DNA from: Kofleriaceae bacterium
Lineage (GTDB): Bacteria > Myxococcota_A > Polyangia > Haliangiales > Haliangiaceae
NCBI GenBank assembly: GCA_048500355.1
Contig: JASNYD010000006.1
Location: 352,211-416,210, forward strand
Direction: 5' to 3'
DNA length: 64,000 nucleotides
Under the pieces are notes generated by a model that was not told the DNA's origin, did no database searches, and saw nothing but the letters and a program-made list of their open reading frames with translations. The position numbers were made by a program, and so were the translations under genes. Positions 40,531 through 50,309 of this stretch are shown piece by piece; positions within the stretch are counted from its first letter, which is position 1, and every line of letters starts with the position of its first letter.

Positions 40531-42329
40531 GCCGCGGCGCGCTGGTGGCGCTGGCGCTCACCGCCGCCGCGCCGGCGGCGCACGCGGCCGCGCCGACGGT
40601 GCACACCGACACCGCCGAGGTCCGGGCCTGCCTGCCGCTGCCCGACGGCGGCGCGCTCTTCGGCACCGCCGGCGGCCTGGTGCGGGCGACCGCCGACGGC
40701 CGGCGCCGCGCCCTGTGGACCGCGACCAGCGGCCTGCCCGGCACCCGGATCGAGGCGGTGCTCGGCGACGGCGACCACGTCTGGATCGGCGCCGACGGCG
40801 GCGCGGCGCGCGTCCGGGTCGACGGCGAGCGGCTGGCGATCGAGCGCACGCTGGCCAGCGCCCCGGTGCGCGACCTGGTCCGCCATGACGGCGCGCTCTA
40901 CGCCGCGACCTGGGGCGACGGCGTGCTGCGGGTCGGCGCGCGGGGCGGCGGCGCGCGGGTGGCGTTCGCCGGCGGCGCCCGCGGCGCGCGCGGTCGGGTG
41001 GCGGCGATGGCGGTCGGCGACGGCGCGTTGTGGGCCGGCACCGCGGCCGGCCTGTTCGTGCTGCGCGGCGCGCGCCTCGAGCCGGTGGCGCTGCCGCGCG
41101 CCGGCGGCGCCGCCGCGCCGGCGGTGACCTCGCTCCACGCCGACGGCGCCCGGCTGTGGATCGCGACCAGCGACGGCCTGTTCGTCCGCGAGGGCGGCGC
41201 GGTCCGCCCCCTCGGCGGCGGCTACCTGACGCGGGTGACCGCGGTCGGCGGCGCCGTCGTCGTCGCCAGCCTCGGCGACGGGCTGCGCGTGGTCGATCGC
41301 GGCCACCTGGTCGCGCTCGCCGGCGCGCCCCGTGCGCTGCGCCTCGCCCAGGCGGTGGCCGGCGCCGGCGAGGCCGCGTGCGCCGGCGGGCTCGAGGGCG
41401 CGTGGCTCCGCCCGTCCCGCGCCGCCGGCTGGCGCGCGGCGCCGGCGCCGGCGCCGGAGGTGCCGTCCAACGACGTGGCCGCCCTGGCCAGCGACGGCGG
41501 GCGGCTGTGGGTCGGCACGTTCGATCGCGGCCTCGCCGTCCACGACGGCCGGGGCTGGCGCGCGGTCGCCCACCCCGACCTCGACCGCCGCGTCAACGCG
41601 CTGCTGGTCGAGCCGCGGCCGGGCCGCGCGTCGCGGCTGTGGATCGGCACCGCCGCCGGCCTCATGGTGCTCGACGGCGACGACGTGGCCCGGCTCGGCC
41701 GCCGCGACGGCCTGCCCGGGCGCGGCGTGCTGGCGCTGGCGCGCCTGCGCGACGGCCGCATCGTCGCCGGGACCTCGAGCGGCGCGGTCCTGGTCGGCGA
41801 CGGCGCGCCGGTGCCGGTGGGGCCGCCGGGGACCCGGATCGGCAACGTGTGGGCGGTGGCCGAGGACGCCGACGGCTGGCTGTGGCTCGGCACCACCACC
41901 GGCGTGTGGCGCGGCCCGGCGACGGCCGAAGCCAAGGCGGGGCCGCGCGGCGCCGGCTGGCAGCGCCTGGCGGTCGCCACCGGACACCTCGACGACGACT
42001 GGGTGATGGCGATCGCCGCCCGCGGCCGCGCGGTGTGGGTCGGCGGCTACAAGAGCGGCGTCATCCGCTTCGACCTCGACGCGCCCGGGCGCGAGGTCAC
42101 CGGGCCCGGCGTCCGCCTCGGCGGCGGCTGGGTCAACCCGGCCGGCCTGCGCTGGGACGGCGACCGGCTGCTGGTCGCGACCCAGGACGGGCTCAAGCAC
42201 GGCGACGGGCAGCGCGCCCGCTGGACGCCGATCGGCGGCGCCCCGGGCAAGGACGTGACCGCGACCGCCGACGTCGACGGCGCGCGCTGGATCGCGACCC
42301 GCCGCGGCCTGGTGCGCGCGGCGCCCTGA
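40527..42329 (+). CDS. Beta-propeller repeat protein (two-component-regulator-propeller/Reg_prop-like)
   Basis: It has a signal peptide and about 12 repeats of LW[IV]GT..GL... typical of Reg_prop blades. The GTG start overlaps the upstream stop. Confidence 0.6.
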   Translation: MSRGALVALALTAAAPAAHAAAPTVHTDTAEVRACLPLPDGGALFGTAGGLVRATADGRRRALWTATSGLPGTRIEAVLGDGDHVWIGADGGAARVRVDGERLAIERTLASAPVRDLVRHDGALYAATWGDGVLRVGARGGGARVAFAGGARGARGRVAAMAVGDGALWAGTAAGLFVLRGARLEPVALPRAGGAAAPAVTSLHADGARLWIATSDGLFVREGGAVRPLGGGYLTRVTAVGGAVVVASLGDGLRVVDRGHLVALAGAPRALRLAQAVAGAGEAACAGGLEGAWLRPSRAAGWRAAPAPAPEVPSNDVAALASDGGRLWVGTFDRGLAVHDGRGWRAVAHPDLDRRVNALLVEPRPGRASRLWIGTAAGLMVLDGDDVARLGRRDGLPGRGVLALARLRDGRIVAGTSSGAVLVGDGAPVPVGPPGTRIGNVWAVAEDADGWLWLGTTTGVWRGPATAEAKAGPRGAGWQRLAVATGHLDDDWVMAIAARGRAVWVGGYKSGVIRFDLDAPGREVTGPGVRLGGGWVNPAGLRWDGDRLLVATQDGLKHGDGQRARWTPIGGAPGKDVTATADVDGARWIATRRGLVRAAP

Positions 42330-42342
42330 CTCGATCGGTGCG

Positions 42343-42714
42343 CTAGCGCCGCGCGCGGCGACCGGCGCGCACCAGGGCCGCGACCAGGAGCGCGTACTGG
42401 AGGCCGAGGAGCGCGACCATGACCGCCTCGCCGATGAGCAGCCCGCCGTGGGTGCGGGCGTCGATCGCGCCGTGACCGACGAAGACGTTGGCCCACGGGC
42501 CGCGGTGGAGCGCGGTCGGGCCGCCGGCGGCGGAGACCAGGTTGGGCACCAGCGCCCAGGCGCCGAGGGCGTAGGCGGCGACCAGCATGCGGCCGACCGG
42601 GCGCGCCAGCGGCGCGCGCGCGAACCACGCCCGCGCCACCGGCCAGACCGTGAGCGCGGTGCCGACGGCCATGCCGGCGGCCATGTGCAGGTTGGCGTGG
42701 GCCACGGCTACCCG
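42343..42714 (-). CDS. Small multi-TM membrane protein (C-terminal part of a possibly frameshifted gene)
   Basis: It has three TM helices. Its frame overlaps the end of the previous ORF. Confidence 0.35.
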   Translation of the reverse strand, partial: RVAVAHANLHMAAGMAVGTALTVWPVARAWFARAPLARPVGRMLVAAYALGAWALVPNLVSAAGGPTALHRGPWANVFVGHGAIDARTHGGLLIGEAVMVALLGLQYALLVAALVRAGRRARR

Positions 42715-43102
42715 CGCTCCGGCGGGGCCGGGCCGACCGCGGCGCCGGGCCCGACCGCCGCGCGCTCGCGCCGCGCCAGCTCGCGCCAGGCCACCGCCAG
42801 CACCGCCGCCGCGGCGAGGACGAACAGGACCGGGAACAGCATCGAGTCGTCGATGGCGCTCCGCCGATCGATGCTGCAGTGGAACCACCACACGTCGCAG
42901 TACGAGCGGTAGTGGAGCTGGTGGTAGTAGAGCGGGTCGCCCCACAGCCGCGGCAGATCGGGCACCACCGCCCACAGCCCCGAGGCCAGGCAGGTGAGGG
43001 CGAGGACGACCAGCGCGCGCGGGCTCACCCGGCGGCCGCGCCACCACCAGTGCGCGAAGAACGCCGCCAGCGGCAGCGTCGACGCCAGGAGCACGTGGAT
43101 CA
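42708..43102 (-). CDS. Small multi-TM membrane protein (N-terminal part of a possibly frameshifted gene)
   Basis: It has three predicted TM helices (MIHVLLASTLPLAAFF..., ALVVLALTCLASGLWAVV, MLFPVLFVLAAAAVLAVAW). Confidence 0.35.
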
Positions 43103-45525
43103 TGCCGGCGCGCCCGCGCCCGCCGCGCCGACGCGCCGGCGACGCCGCCGCCCCAGGAGCGGCGCGAGCAGCGCGGTGAGGACGACGCTGCCCGGCGCGG
43201 CGCCGGCCCCGCAGCAGCCGCCGGCCTCGCCCGGATCCCCGGGCGCCGGGTCGCTGCCGGTCGGCGCCACGAACGGGTCGCGCGCCGGATCCTCGGTCAC
43301 GGCGCAGCCAGCGTCGAGCCGGAGCACCAGCGGCTCGCCGTCGAGACCGCCGCCGCTGTCGCGGGCGGTGACCGTGACCTCGCACTCGCCGCCATCGGCG
43401 CGCGCGCTGACGTCGCTGCGGCCGCCGCGGCCGCGCGGCGCGTCGACCACGACGTGGGTGGCGGCCAGGCCGCCGCGGGTGCGGTAGGTGAGCGCCGGCC
43501 CGCCGGGGCCGCTCGACGGCGTGGTCGCGGTGACCACCGCCAGCCAGCGCCCGCCGCGCTCGGCGCCGACCACGTCGACGCCGCCGGCGCCGGTCACCGT
43601 CGCCACCACCGGCTCGCCCGCCGCCGCCGGCGAGGCGTCGACGATCGTGATCGCGCGCGCGCTCGGCCCCGGCACCGCCACCGCCCACTCGTCGCCGTCG
43701 AGGCGCGAGCGGTCGCAGTCGCCGCGCGGCTGGCCGGAGAAGCAGTCGCCGCGCGGCAGGTCGCGCACCACCGGGGTCACGCCGCCGGCGCCGAGCTGGA
43801 TCGTCAGGCGGCTGGCGCCGACCGTGCCGGTGGCGCGGCCGTCGCCGCCGGTGGTCAGGCTGGCCAGGGTGCGCAGGCGGTGGCGCATCGGTCCGGCGCC
43901 GCCGGCGATGTGATCGACGAGCACCAGCGTGGCGTCGCCGCCGTCGCCGTGCGGCACCAGCACCAGATCGCGCACCGCCCGCGACACGTCGGGCGGCACC
44001 TCGCGGAAGCGGTACTGCCCGGCGTACTCGCAGCGCGCCGCCACCACGCCGCTCTGGGTCTGCCGCCGCCACGCGAAGCCGACCTCGTCGGGGCGCCCCC
44101 ACGGCCCCTGCCCCGGCGCGTACCCCGGCGGCAGCACGGCGCTGGCCACGGTCGGGGCGTTGCCGGTCAAGGTCGACATCGTGCCGTAGGGGCTGGGATC
44201 GACGATCAGGTGGTCGGCGCCGCGCGACAGCACCAGGTTGCCTGCGTCGAAGAACAGGTGATCGCCGACCGCGCTGCCCGGCATGCAGCGGGTGACCAGC
44301 CAGCTCGCGTCCGGCGACCACGCGCTGCGGGCGTGGAGCGTGCGCGAGCCGCCGGCGACGTACCAGGTCGAGGCCGTGGCCGGCAGCGGGCTCGGGGCCG
44401 GGGCCCGGGCCTCGGCCAGGGCGGCGAGCAGGAGGAAGCCGTCCTCGGTGAGCTGGTGACGCTCGAGGAGATCCTGGGCCCAGGCCCGGGCCTCGTCGGG
44501 CCCGGCGTCGAGGAGGGCCGCCATCAGGGTCAGCGCGCCCAGCGGCCGGTAGGGGGCGTTGATCGTGGCGTCGCCGCCGATGAAGATCTCGCCGCCGCTC
44601 GGGACGCTGGCGTGGAGCGCGCGCGCCACCAGCGCGCCCTCCCAGGCGGCGTAGCCGACCAGGGGCACGCCGTTGTCGCGCAGGGCGCGGGCCGCCGCCG
44701 CGTACTCGATCACGCTGAGGTTGCCGTACTGCCAGCCCTCGAGCCAGTCGCCGCCGTCGAGGCGGCCGCCGGGGACGAGGTGGGCCGCCATCTCGACGCC
44801 GAAGACCTGATCGACCACGCGCTCCCACAGCGCGCGGCTGTCGGCGCCGCCCTCACCGCCCCAGGCCACGGCGATGAGCGCGGCGCCGAACAGGTAGCCG
44901 GCCTGGTAGTTGGAGCCGGGCTGGTCGGCGTTGTAGCCGCCCTCGGGGTACCAGTCGGTCCACGCCTTGAAGCGGCGCCGGGCGCGGGCCAGGAGCGCGT
45001 CGTCGACGCCGGGGGCGTCGCGCAGCCAGTCGTAGGCGATCGCGGTGTAGGGCGCGAAGGCGCGCATGGCGAAGCCGGAGTCGTGCCGGACCACGTCGTC
45101 GCCGCCGGCGCCGTCACCCACGGTCTGGTAGTCGTCGACCAGCACGCGGAAGAAGCGGACCGCCTCGGCGCCGTGCACCGGATCGCGGGTCGCCACCCAG
45201 GCGACGGCGCAGGCGCCGAAGTTCTCGGCGAAGTAGAGGCCCTGGAAGCCGCCGTCGGTGTAGCGGGATGGGTCGGCGTGGATGCGCTCGCAGCGGGTGA
45301 TGGCGCGCGCCACCGCCGAGCCCGGGCGCGCCGCCGCCGCCTCGAGCGCGGCCACGGTCGCCTCGTCGAGGAACAGGCGGGGATGGGGGCCTGCGGGCTC
45401 GGGCGGCGCCGCCGCCGCGGGGACGGCGGTGACGATCGCGGCCAGGGCGACCGCGGCGACCGCGAGCGCCGCGCGTGGGGTCCGCGCGCGGCGGCTGGCG
45501 CCGGCGGTGGGCGTGGGGCGTGACA
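43100..45525 (-). CDS. Secreted polysaccharide-lyase-like protein (heparinase II/III-like) with MYXO-CTERM-type sorting tail
   Basis: It has a signal peptide and alpha/alpha-toroid-like and W.EGW.YG motifs. The C-terminus has GGCCGAGAAPGSVVLTALLAPLLGRRRRRR (Cys-rich motif, TM, Arg cluster). Confidence 0.55.
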
Positions 45526-45592
45526 TGCCCCGCTCATAGCACGGCGGCGACGCCGACCTCGCCGCGACCATGGGTCGCGCCCCGACGCGGCG

Positions 45593-46528
45593 TCAGCGAC
45601 TGGCCGGCTTGCGGCCGACGAAGTCGATGCTGGTGATCGCGAGCTGGTCGCGGTCGTAGTGGCCGAAGTCGGGGTGGACCGGCGTGCGCGCGAGCTGGCG
45701 CAGGCGCTCGGGGTGCGGGCGCGAGGTGTCGACCTCGATCGTGAAGCCGGCGGCCCGCGCCATGGCGGTGAAGTCGGCGGCGCGCAGGCGGTTCTGGTAG
45801 AGGAAGGCGTTGTTCCACTTGCGCCAGGCCGCGTCCGAGTAGCGCAGGTAGTTGAGCTGATCGATCGCCGGGTCGGCGTAGGCGTAGTGGTCGCCGCAGT
45901 TGACCGAGTGGAAGACGACGCCGCCCGGACGCAGGACGCGCATGGCCTCGGCGAGGCAGCGCTCGATCGCCGGGGCCGGCACGTGCTCGAGCACGCTGTT
46001 CGAGAACACGACGTCGACGCTGCCCGCGGGCAGCCCGGTGACGGAGGCGTCGCCCGGCGCCCGGTAGGCGACCACGGCGTCGGTCGCGGCGTCGAGCGGC
46101 GCGCCGGCGGCGATGGCCTCGGCCAGGGGGCGGTAGGCGCGCTCGACGTCCGCCACCGGCCGGTCCGCGGCCTCGGCCACGAAGCCGAGCCGCTCGCCGA
46201 GGACCGTGACCAGCCGCCGGGTCAGCTCCGGCTTGACGTGACGGTTGAGGTCGAACGTGCTCACGCGCGCGGCGCCGGCGAGGTACAGCGTCAGCGGGAA
46301 CGTGGGGTACCAGCCGGTGCCCACCTCGACGAAGCGCGCGCCCGCGGGGTCGATCCCGACCGTGCGCAGGTGGCCGATCATCAACCGCCAGTCCTCGAGC
46401 TTGGCGTCCAGCTCGCGCTCGAAGTGGCGGAGGCCGCCGGCGCGGCGCTGGAGCACGTAGTGGAGGTGGTCGCCGAGCGGGACGTGGCCGAGGAACTTCT
46501 GGATCGCTCCCTTCAAGCGCCAGTGCAT
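45593..46528 (-). CDS. Class I SAM-dependent methyltransferase
   Basis: It has VEVGTGWYPTFPLTLYLAG (a motif I variant) and VLEHV (motif post-II). Confidence 0.7.
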   Translation of the reverse strand: MHWRLKGAIQKFLGHVPLGDHLHYVLQRRAGGLRHFERELDAKLEDWRLMIGHLRTVGIDPAGARFVEVGTGWYPTFPLTLYLAGAARVSTFDLNRHVKPELTRRLVTVLGERLGFVAEAADRPVADVERAYRPLAEAIAAGAPLDAATDAVVAYRAPGDASVTGLPAGSVDVVFSNSVLEHVPAPAIERCLAEAMRVLRPGGVVFHSVNCGDHYAYADPAIDQLNYLRYSDAAWRKWNNAFLYQNRLRAADFTAMARAAGFTIEVDTSRPHPERLRQLARTPVHPDFGHYDRDQLAITSIDFVGRKPASR

Positions 46529-46639
46529 CGCGGCACGCTAGCATGGGGGGATCGCGTGGCCACCGCGATCGGAGAACGATCGGACGCGACCGGGCGACGA
46601 TCGAACCGCGCGCGCGGACGACACGCGGGCGACGCGCGG

Positions 46640-48918
46640 TCAGCGCTTGCGCCGCAGCTTGACGTCGACCTTGTGGCCGTCGCGATCGGGATAGACGCGC
46701 TGGGTGGCGGTCAGGCCGCGGCGGGCGAGGACGAGCGACGTGGTCTCGAAGCCGGGGAGCGCGATCGTCGCCGGCGTCTTGCCGACCACGACGTCGCCGA
46801 TGGTCACCGTCGCGCCCGACGGCCGCGACGTCACCTTCACCTCGAAGACCGGCCGCTCGAGCCGCACCTCGAGCGCGGCCGCCCCCGCCGCGACCTGGCG
46901 GGTGACCGGCTGGTAGCGGTCGCGCCGGAACGTGACCTCGTAGGGCGTGCACGGGCCGTCGTAGGTGAACGGGGTCTCGCCGAGGATCTGGCCGTCGCGC
47001 ACGACCTGCACCGCCTCGGGGCTCGACGACAGCGCCACCGCGCAGGTGCCGGAGGCGGGCGGGGGTGAGGCGCCGGGCGCGATCGGGGGCGGCTCCGGCG
47101 GCGACTCGACCGCTGGCGGCGGGGTCGTGGCCGCGGCCGGCTCCACCGCGCCGCCCGGCGCGCCGGCGCGCGGCGATCCGCCGGGCGCGGCGGGGGCCGA
47201 CGCGCCGCTCGCCGCCGGCGCGGCGCTGGCCGCGGGCGGACGGCCCGCGGCGCCGCCATCACCGCCGCCGCCGCGCGCGGCGATGACGACCATGACCGCC
47301 ACGCCGATCACGATGAGGCCGGAGGTGACCGCGATGACCGGCCAGCGCCGGCGCGCCGCCGGGCCGCCGAGCTGGATCATCTCGGTCATGTCGTCGTCGC
47401 GATCGACGAGCTCGGGCGCCGACCACGCCGGAGCCGCCGATGACGGGTAGGGCCTCGGGTAGTACGGCGCGCCAGCCGCGACCGGCGCCATCGCGGCTGC
47501 GGGCGGCGGCGCCATCGCCGCCATGGGCGGCGGCGCCATCGCCGCCACGGGCGGCGGCGCCATCGACGCCACGGGCGGCGGCGCCATCGCGGCCACGGGC
47601 GGCGGCGCCATCGCCGCCACGGGCGGCGGCGCCATCGCCGCCACGGGCGGCGGCGCCATCGCCGCCATGGGCGGCGGCGCCATCGCCGCCACGGGCGGCG
47701 GCGCCATCGACCATCCCGGCGACGACGCCGGCGGCGGCGGCGACGGCGGGACGACGATCGGCACGGCCCGCGGCGGGAGCGTGGTCGGCAGCGGCTCCGT
47801 CGCGTCCGCGGAGCCGACCTCCGCGACCGCCTCGGGCAGCGCGACGACCACGTCGGTCGGGAGGTCGTCGCCGACGACGGTGACGGTGGGGACGATCGGC
47901 GCGGCCTCCACCGGACCCGACGGGACCGCGCTCATGCCGGCGGGCGCCGCGGTCGGCACCGTCGGGCCGAGGTCGAGCGCGCCCGGCGCGCCGTGCGAGG
48001 TCGACGCCGCCGCGGCGATCGCGTGCATCACCGCGCCGCGCGTCGGCTGGGTCGGACCGGTCTCGTGCTCGACGCCGTGGCGCGGCACCGGCACGCTGTC
48101 GGTGGGCACCCCCGGCGGCGTCCCCGCCGCCACGACCGCCGACGAGGACGCGCCGCGCGTCGGCGTCGACCGGGCCGGCGTCGAGCTCGCGGGCGCCGCC
48201 CCGGTCCCACCTGGACGCGGTCGCGCGGGCGCCGGCATCGCGGCCGGCGCGCCCGCCACCGACGGTGGGGCCGGACCCACGACCGGGATGCCCATGAGGG
48301 TGCGCTGCTGCTCGCGGCGCGCGCGGCCGTCCGCCGTCATCGGGGCCGCGCCGGCGCCCACCGCGGCGCCAGGGACCGGAACGGGGAGCGGCGCCTGCCG
48401 GATCGTCGGCGGCGCCGGCTCGCGCGCGGAGCCGGGCATGCGCACGGTGGCGAGGTCGGGCCGCGCCGCGCCGGCGGGCGCCATCGCCTCGACCGCGCAG
48501 GTCGCCGCCGCGGCGTCGACCGCGCCGCCCTGGGCGACGCCGATCGCGGCCCCCAGCGGCACGAGGTGGCGCGGCACCGCCGGCGGCACCGCCGCCGCGG
48601 CGTGCTCCACCATGTGAGCGAGCAGGCCCTTGCCGCGGGCGTCGAGGCGGAGGTAGCGCACGTCGATCGTCGCGCCGGCCGGCGCGCCGGCCGCCCCCGC
48701 CGTCGCGCCCCCCACGCTCACCTCGGCCTCGCCATCGAGCACCGCCACCCGCGACGCGAGGGTCACCACGACCCGCCCGCGCCCGCTCGCCACGGGCGCA
48801 CCCGTGACCGGGATCGCGGTCAGGCCCTCGGGCCCGGCCAGGGTGCGGAACACCCGGATCAGGTCCTCGACCGTCGCGCACCGGCTGACCAGGCGCCACG
48901 CGGTTCCGTTCGCCACGA
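46640..48918 (-). CDS. Pro/Ala-rich membrane protein with C-terminal PEGA domains and internal (MAPPPVAA)n repeats
   Basis: It has a TM helix (WPVIAVTSGLIVIGVAVMVVIAA) and two C-terminal PEGA-like modules. The start is uncertain (a GTG near 48918 is proposed). The longest ORF reaches 49201 and overlaps the divergent gene. Confidence 0.55.
47483..47710. repeat. In-frame 24-bp tandem repeat (~9.5 copies) encoding MAPPPVAA
   Basis: The unit is GGCGGCGGCGCCATCGCCGCCACG on the top strand and it lies inside the coding sequence. Confidence 0.8.
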
Positions 48919-49088
48919 GGATCGAGTGTAGGCAATTCCGGCGGGTGTAACCAGGCAGAAGCGCAAACCTCGGGTCACGCCCCGTGGCCGGCGGTTGACG
49001 CTCGCGCCGCCGGCGGCCCGGAGGCGTGGGGAAGGTCCACAACCGGTCCGGCCTTCGCCTGGCACCCACCTTGCGAGGTCCCCCGACC

Positions 49089-49868
49089 ATGCGGACCCGA
49101 ACCATCGTCGCCTCGCTCACCCTGTGTGCCCTCCCCCTCCTGGCCGGCGCCCGCGGCGACGGGTGCGCGGCGAGCTCGCGCTCGCCCGCCCCCGACGTCA
49201 CCGGCTGGTGGGACGTGACCTACGACGACGCCCTGAGCGTCGAGATCATCGTGGGCGGCTCGGTGTACACCGCCGAGACCGGCGCCCAGGGCGGCGCGAT
49301 CACGATCACCCACCAGGGGCGCCCGCTCACGTTCGACCTCGCCTGCGCGCGGCCCGAGGTCGTGTGCCCGAGCGAGGCCTGGCCGCGCGCGATCTTCGCC
49401 GAGCAGCGCGACGCCGGCTTCGAGCACCGCATGTACGTCACGCTGCCGGTGCAGACCTGCGCCGGCGCCCGGCGCGCCCCGGCGCCCGGCACCTGCGGGG
49501 CCGGCACCGCCAACCCCGAGTGCGACGACGTGTGCGACGGCGAGCTCGTCTCCCGCGACGAGGAGCGCTTCGGCGTGATCGGCGAGAGCGGACGGACGTT
49601 CCGCCTCTACCTCGGCGCCGGCGTCGCCACCAACGGCATCAACTGCGCGCTGCTCGGCTGGTCGGTCGCCGACGCCGAGCTCGACACCGTCGGCAGCGCC
49701 GCCGGCGGCGACTGGGAGGCGGTGGCGATGGACGCCGGCATGGTCACCGTCGGCTACTCCGGCGGCTGCCTGTGGGCCGGCGATCCGGACCTGGACGGCG
49801 AGCTCGAGGCCCTGATCCTGGGCGCCACCGTCAAGCTCACGACCGGCTTCACCGCCGATCGGCGCTAG
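49089..49868 (+). CDS. Hypothetical secreted Cys-rich protein
   Basis: It has a signal peptide and at least 10 Cys residues. Confidence 0.5.
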   Translation: MRTRTIVASLTLCALPLLAGARGDGCAASSRSPAPDVTGWWDVTYDDALSVEIIVGGSVYTAETGAQGGAITITHQGRPLTFDLACARPEVVCPSEAWPRAIFAEQRDAGFEHRMYVTLPVQTCAGARRAPAPGTCGAGTANPECDDVCDGELVSRDEERFGVIGESGRTFRLYLGAGVATNGINCALLGWSVADAELDTVGSAAGGDWEAVAMDAGMVTVGYSGGCLWAGDPDLDGELEALILGATVKLTTGFTADRR

Positions 49869-49982
49869 CGGAACGACCGGCTCGCGACGCGCGATCTCCC
49901 GCGAAAAAAGCCGCCAGGAGCCCTTTTCTCGCAGATCGCGCGATGCCATGAATTCGCATCCGACAACCCGGAGGAGATTTTC

Positions 49983-50210
49983 ATGGCCAAGGCTAAGTCG
50001 AAGGGTAAGGCCGCCAAGAGCGGCGGTGGCGAGATGCTGCTCATCGCGTCGAAGGTCCGCGCTGCCGTCAAGGACGCCGACTGCAACTTCGCGGGTGACG
50101 CGCTCGACGGGCTCAACGCGTACGTCCACTGGCTCGTCAGCCAGGCGACCGCGCGCGCCACGGCGAACGGTCGCAAGACCGTCCGCGCGCACGACTTCCT
50201 CGTCCCCTGA
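49983..50210 (+). CDS. Histone-fold DNA-binding protein (bacterial-histone/DUF1931-like) with Lys-rich N-terminal tail
   Basis: It is 75 aa with a strong GGAGGA ribosome-binding site. The core (LLIASKVRAAVKD...GDALDGLNAYVHWLVSQATARATANGRKTVRAHDF) matches the recalled pattern of small bacterial histone-fold proteins. The N-terminus (MAKAKSKGKAAKSGGG) is Lys-rich. Confidence 0.55.
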   Translation: MAKAKSKGKAAKSGGGEMLLIASKVRAAVKDADCNFAGDALDGLNAYVHWLVSQATARATANGRKTVRAHDFLVP

Positions 50211-50239
50211 GACCTGATCGAAGTCGACCGCGAGCGCGG

Positions 50240-50266
50240 GCGCCGGTGACGGCGCCCGTCGCGCTT
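50240..50266 (+). terminator. GC-rich hairpin downstream of the histone-fold gene
   Basis: The stem is GCGGGCGCC / GGCGCCCG with loop ggtgac. There is no clear U-tract. Confidence 0.3.
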
Positions 50267-50309
50267 TCGGCGCGGCGCCGCCACCCGCCGGCCGTGCCAT
50301 AGTCGAGGG

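Noticed and set aside
48919-49201. 5' extension of the PEGA-protein ORF to 49201.
   Set aside because: It would overlap the divergent secreted-protein gene and its promoter. The region is lower in GC, which is consistent with non-coding DNA.
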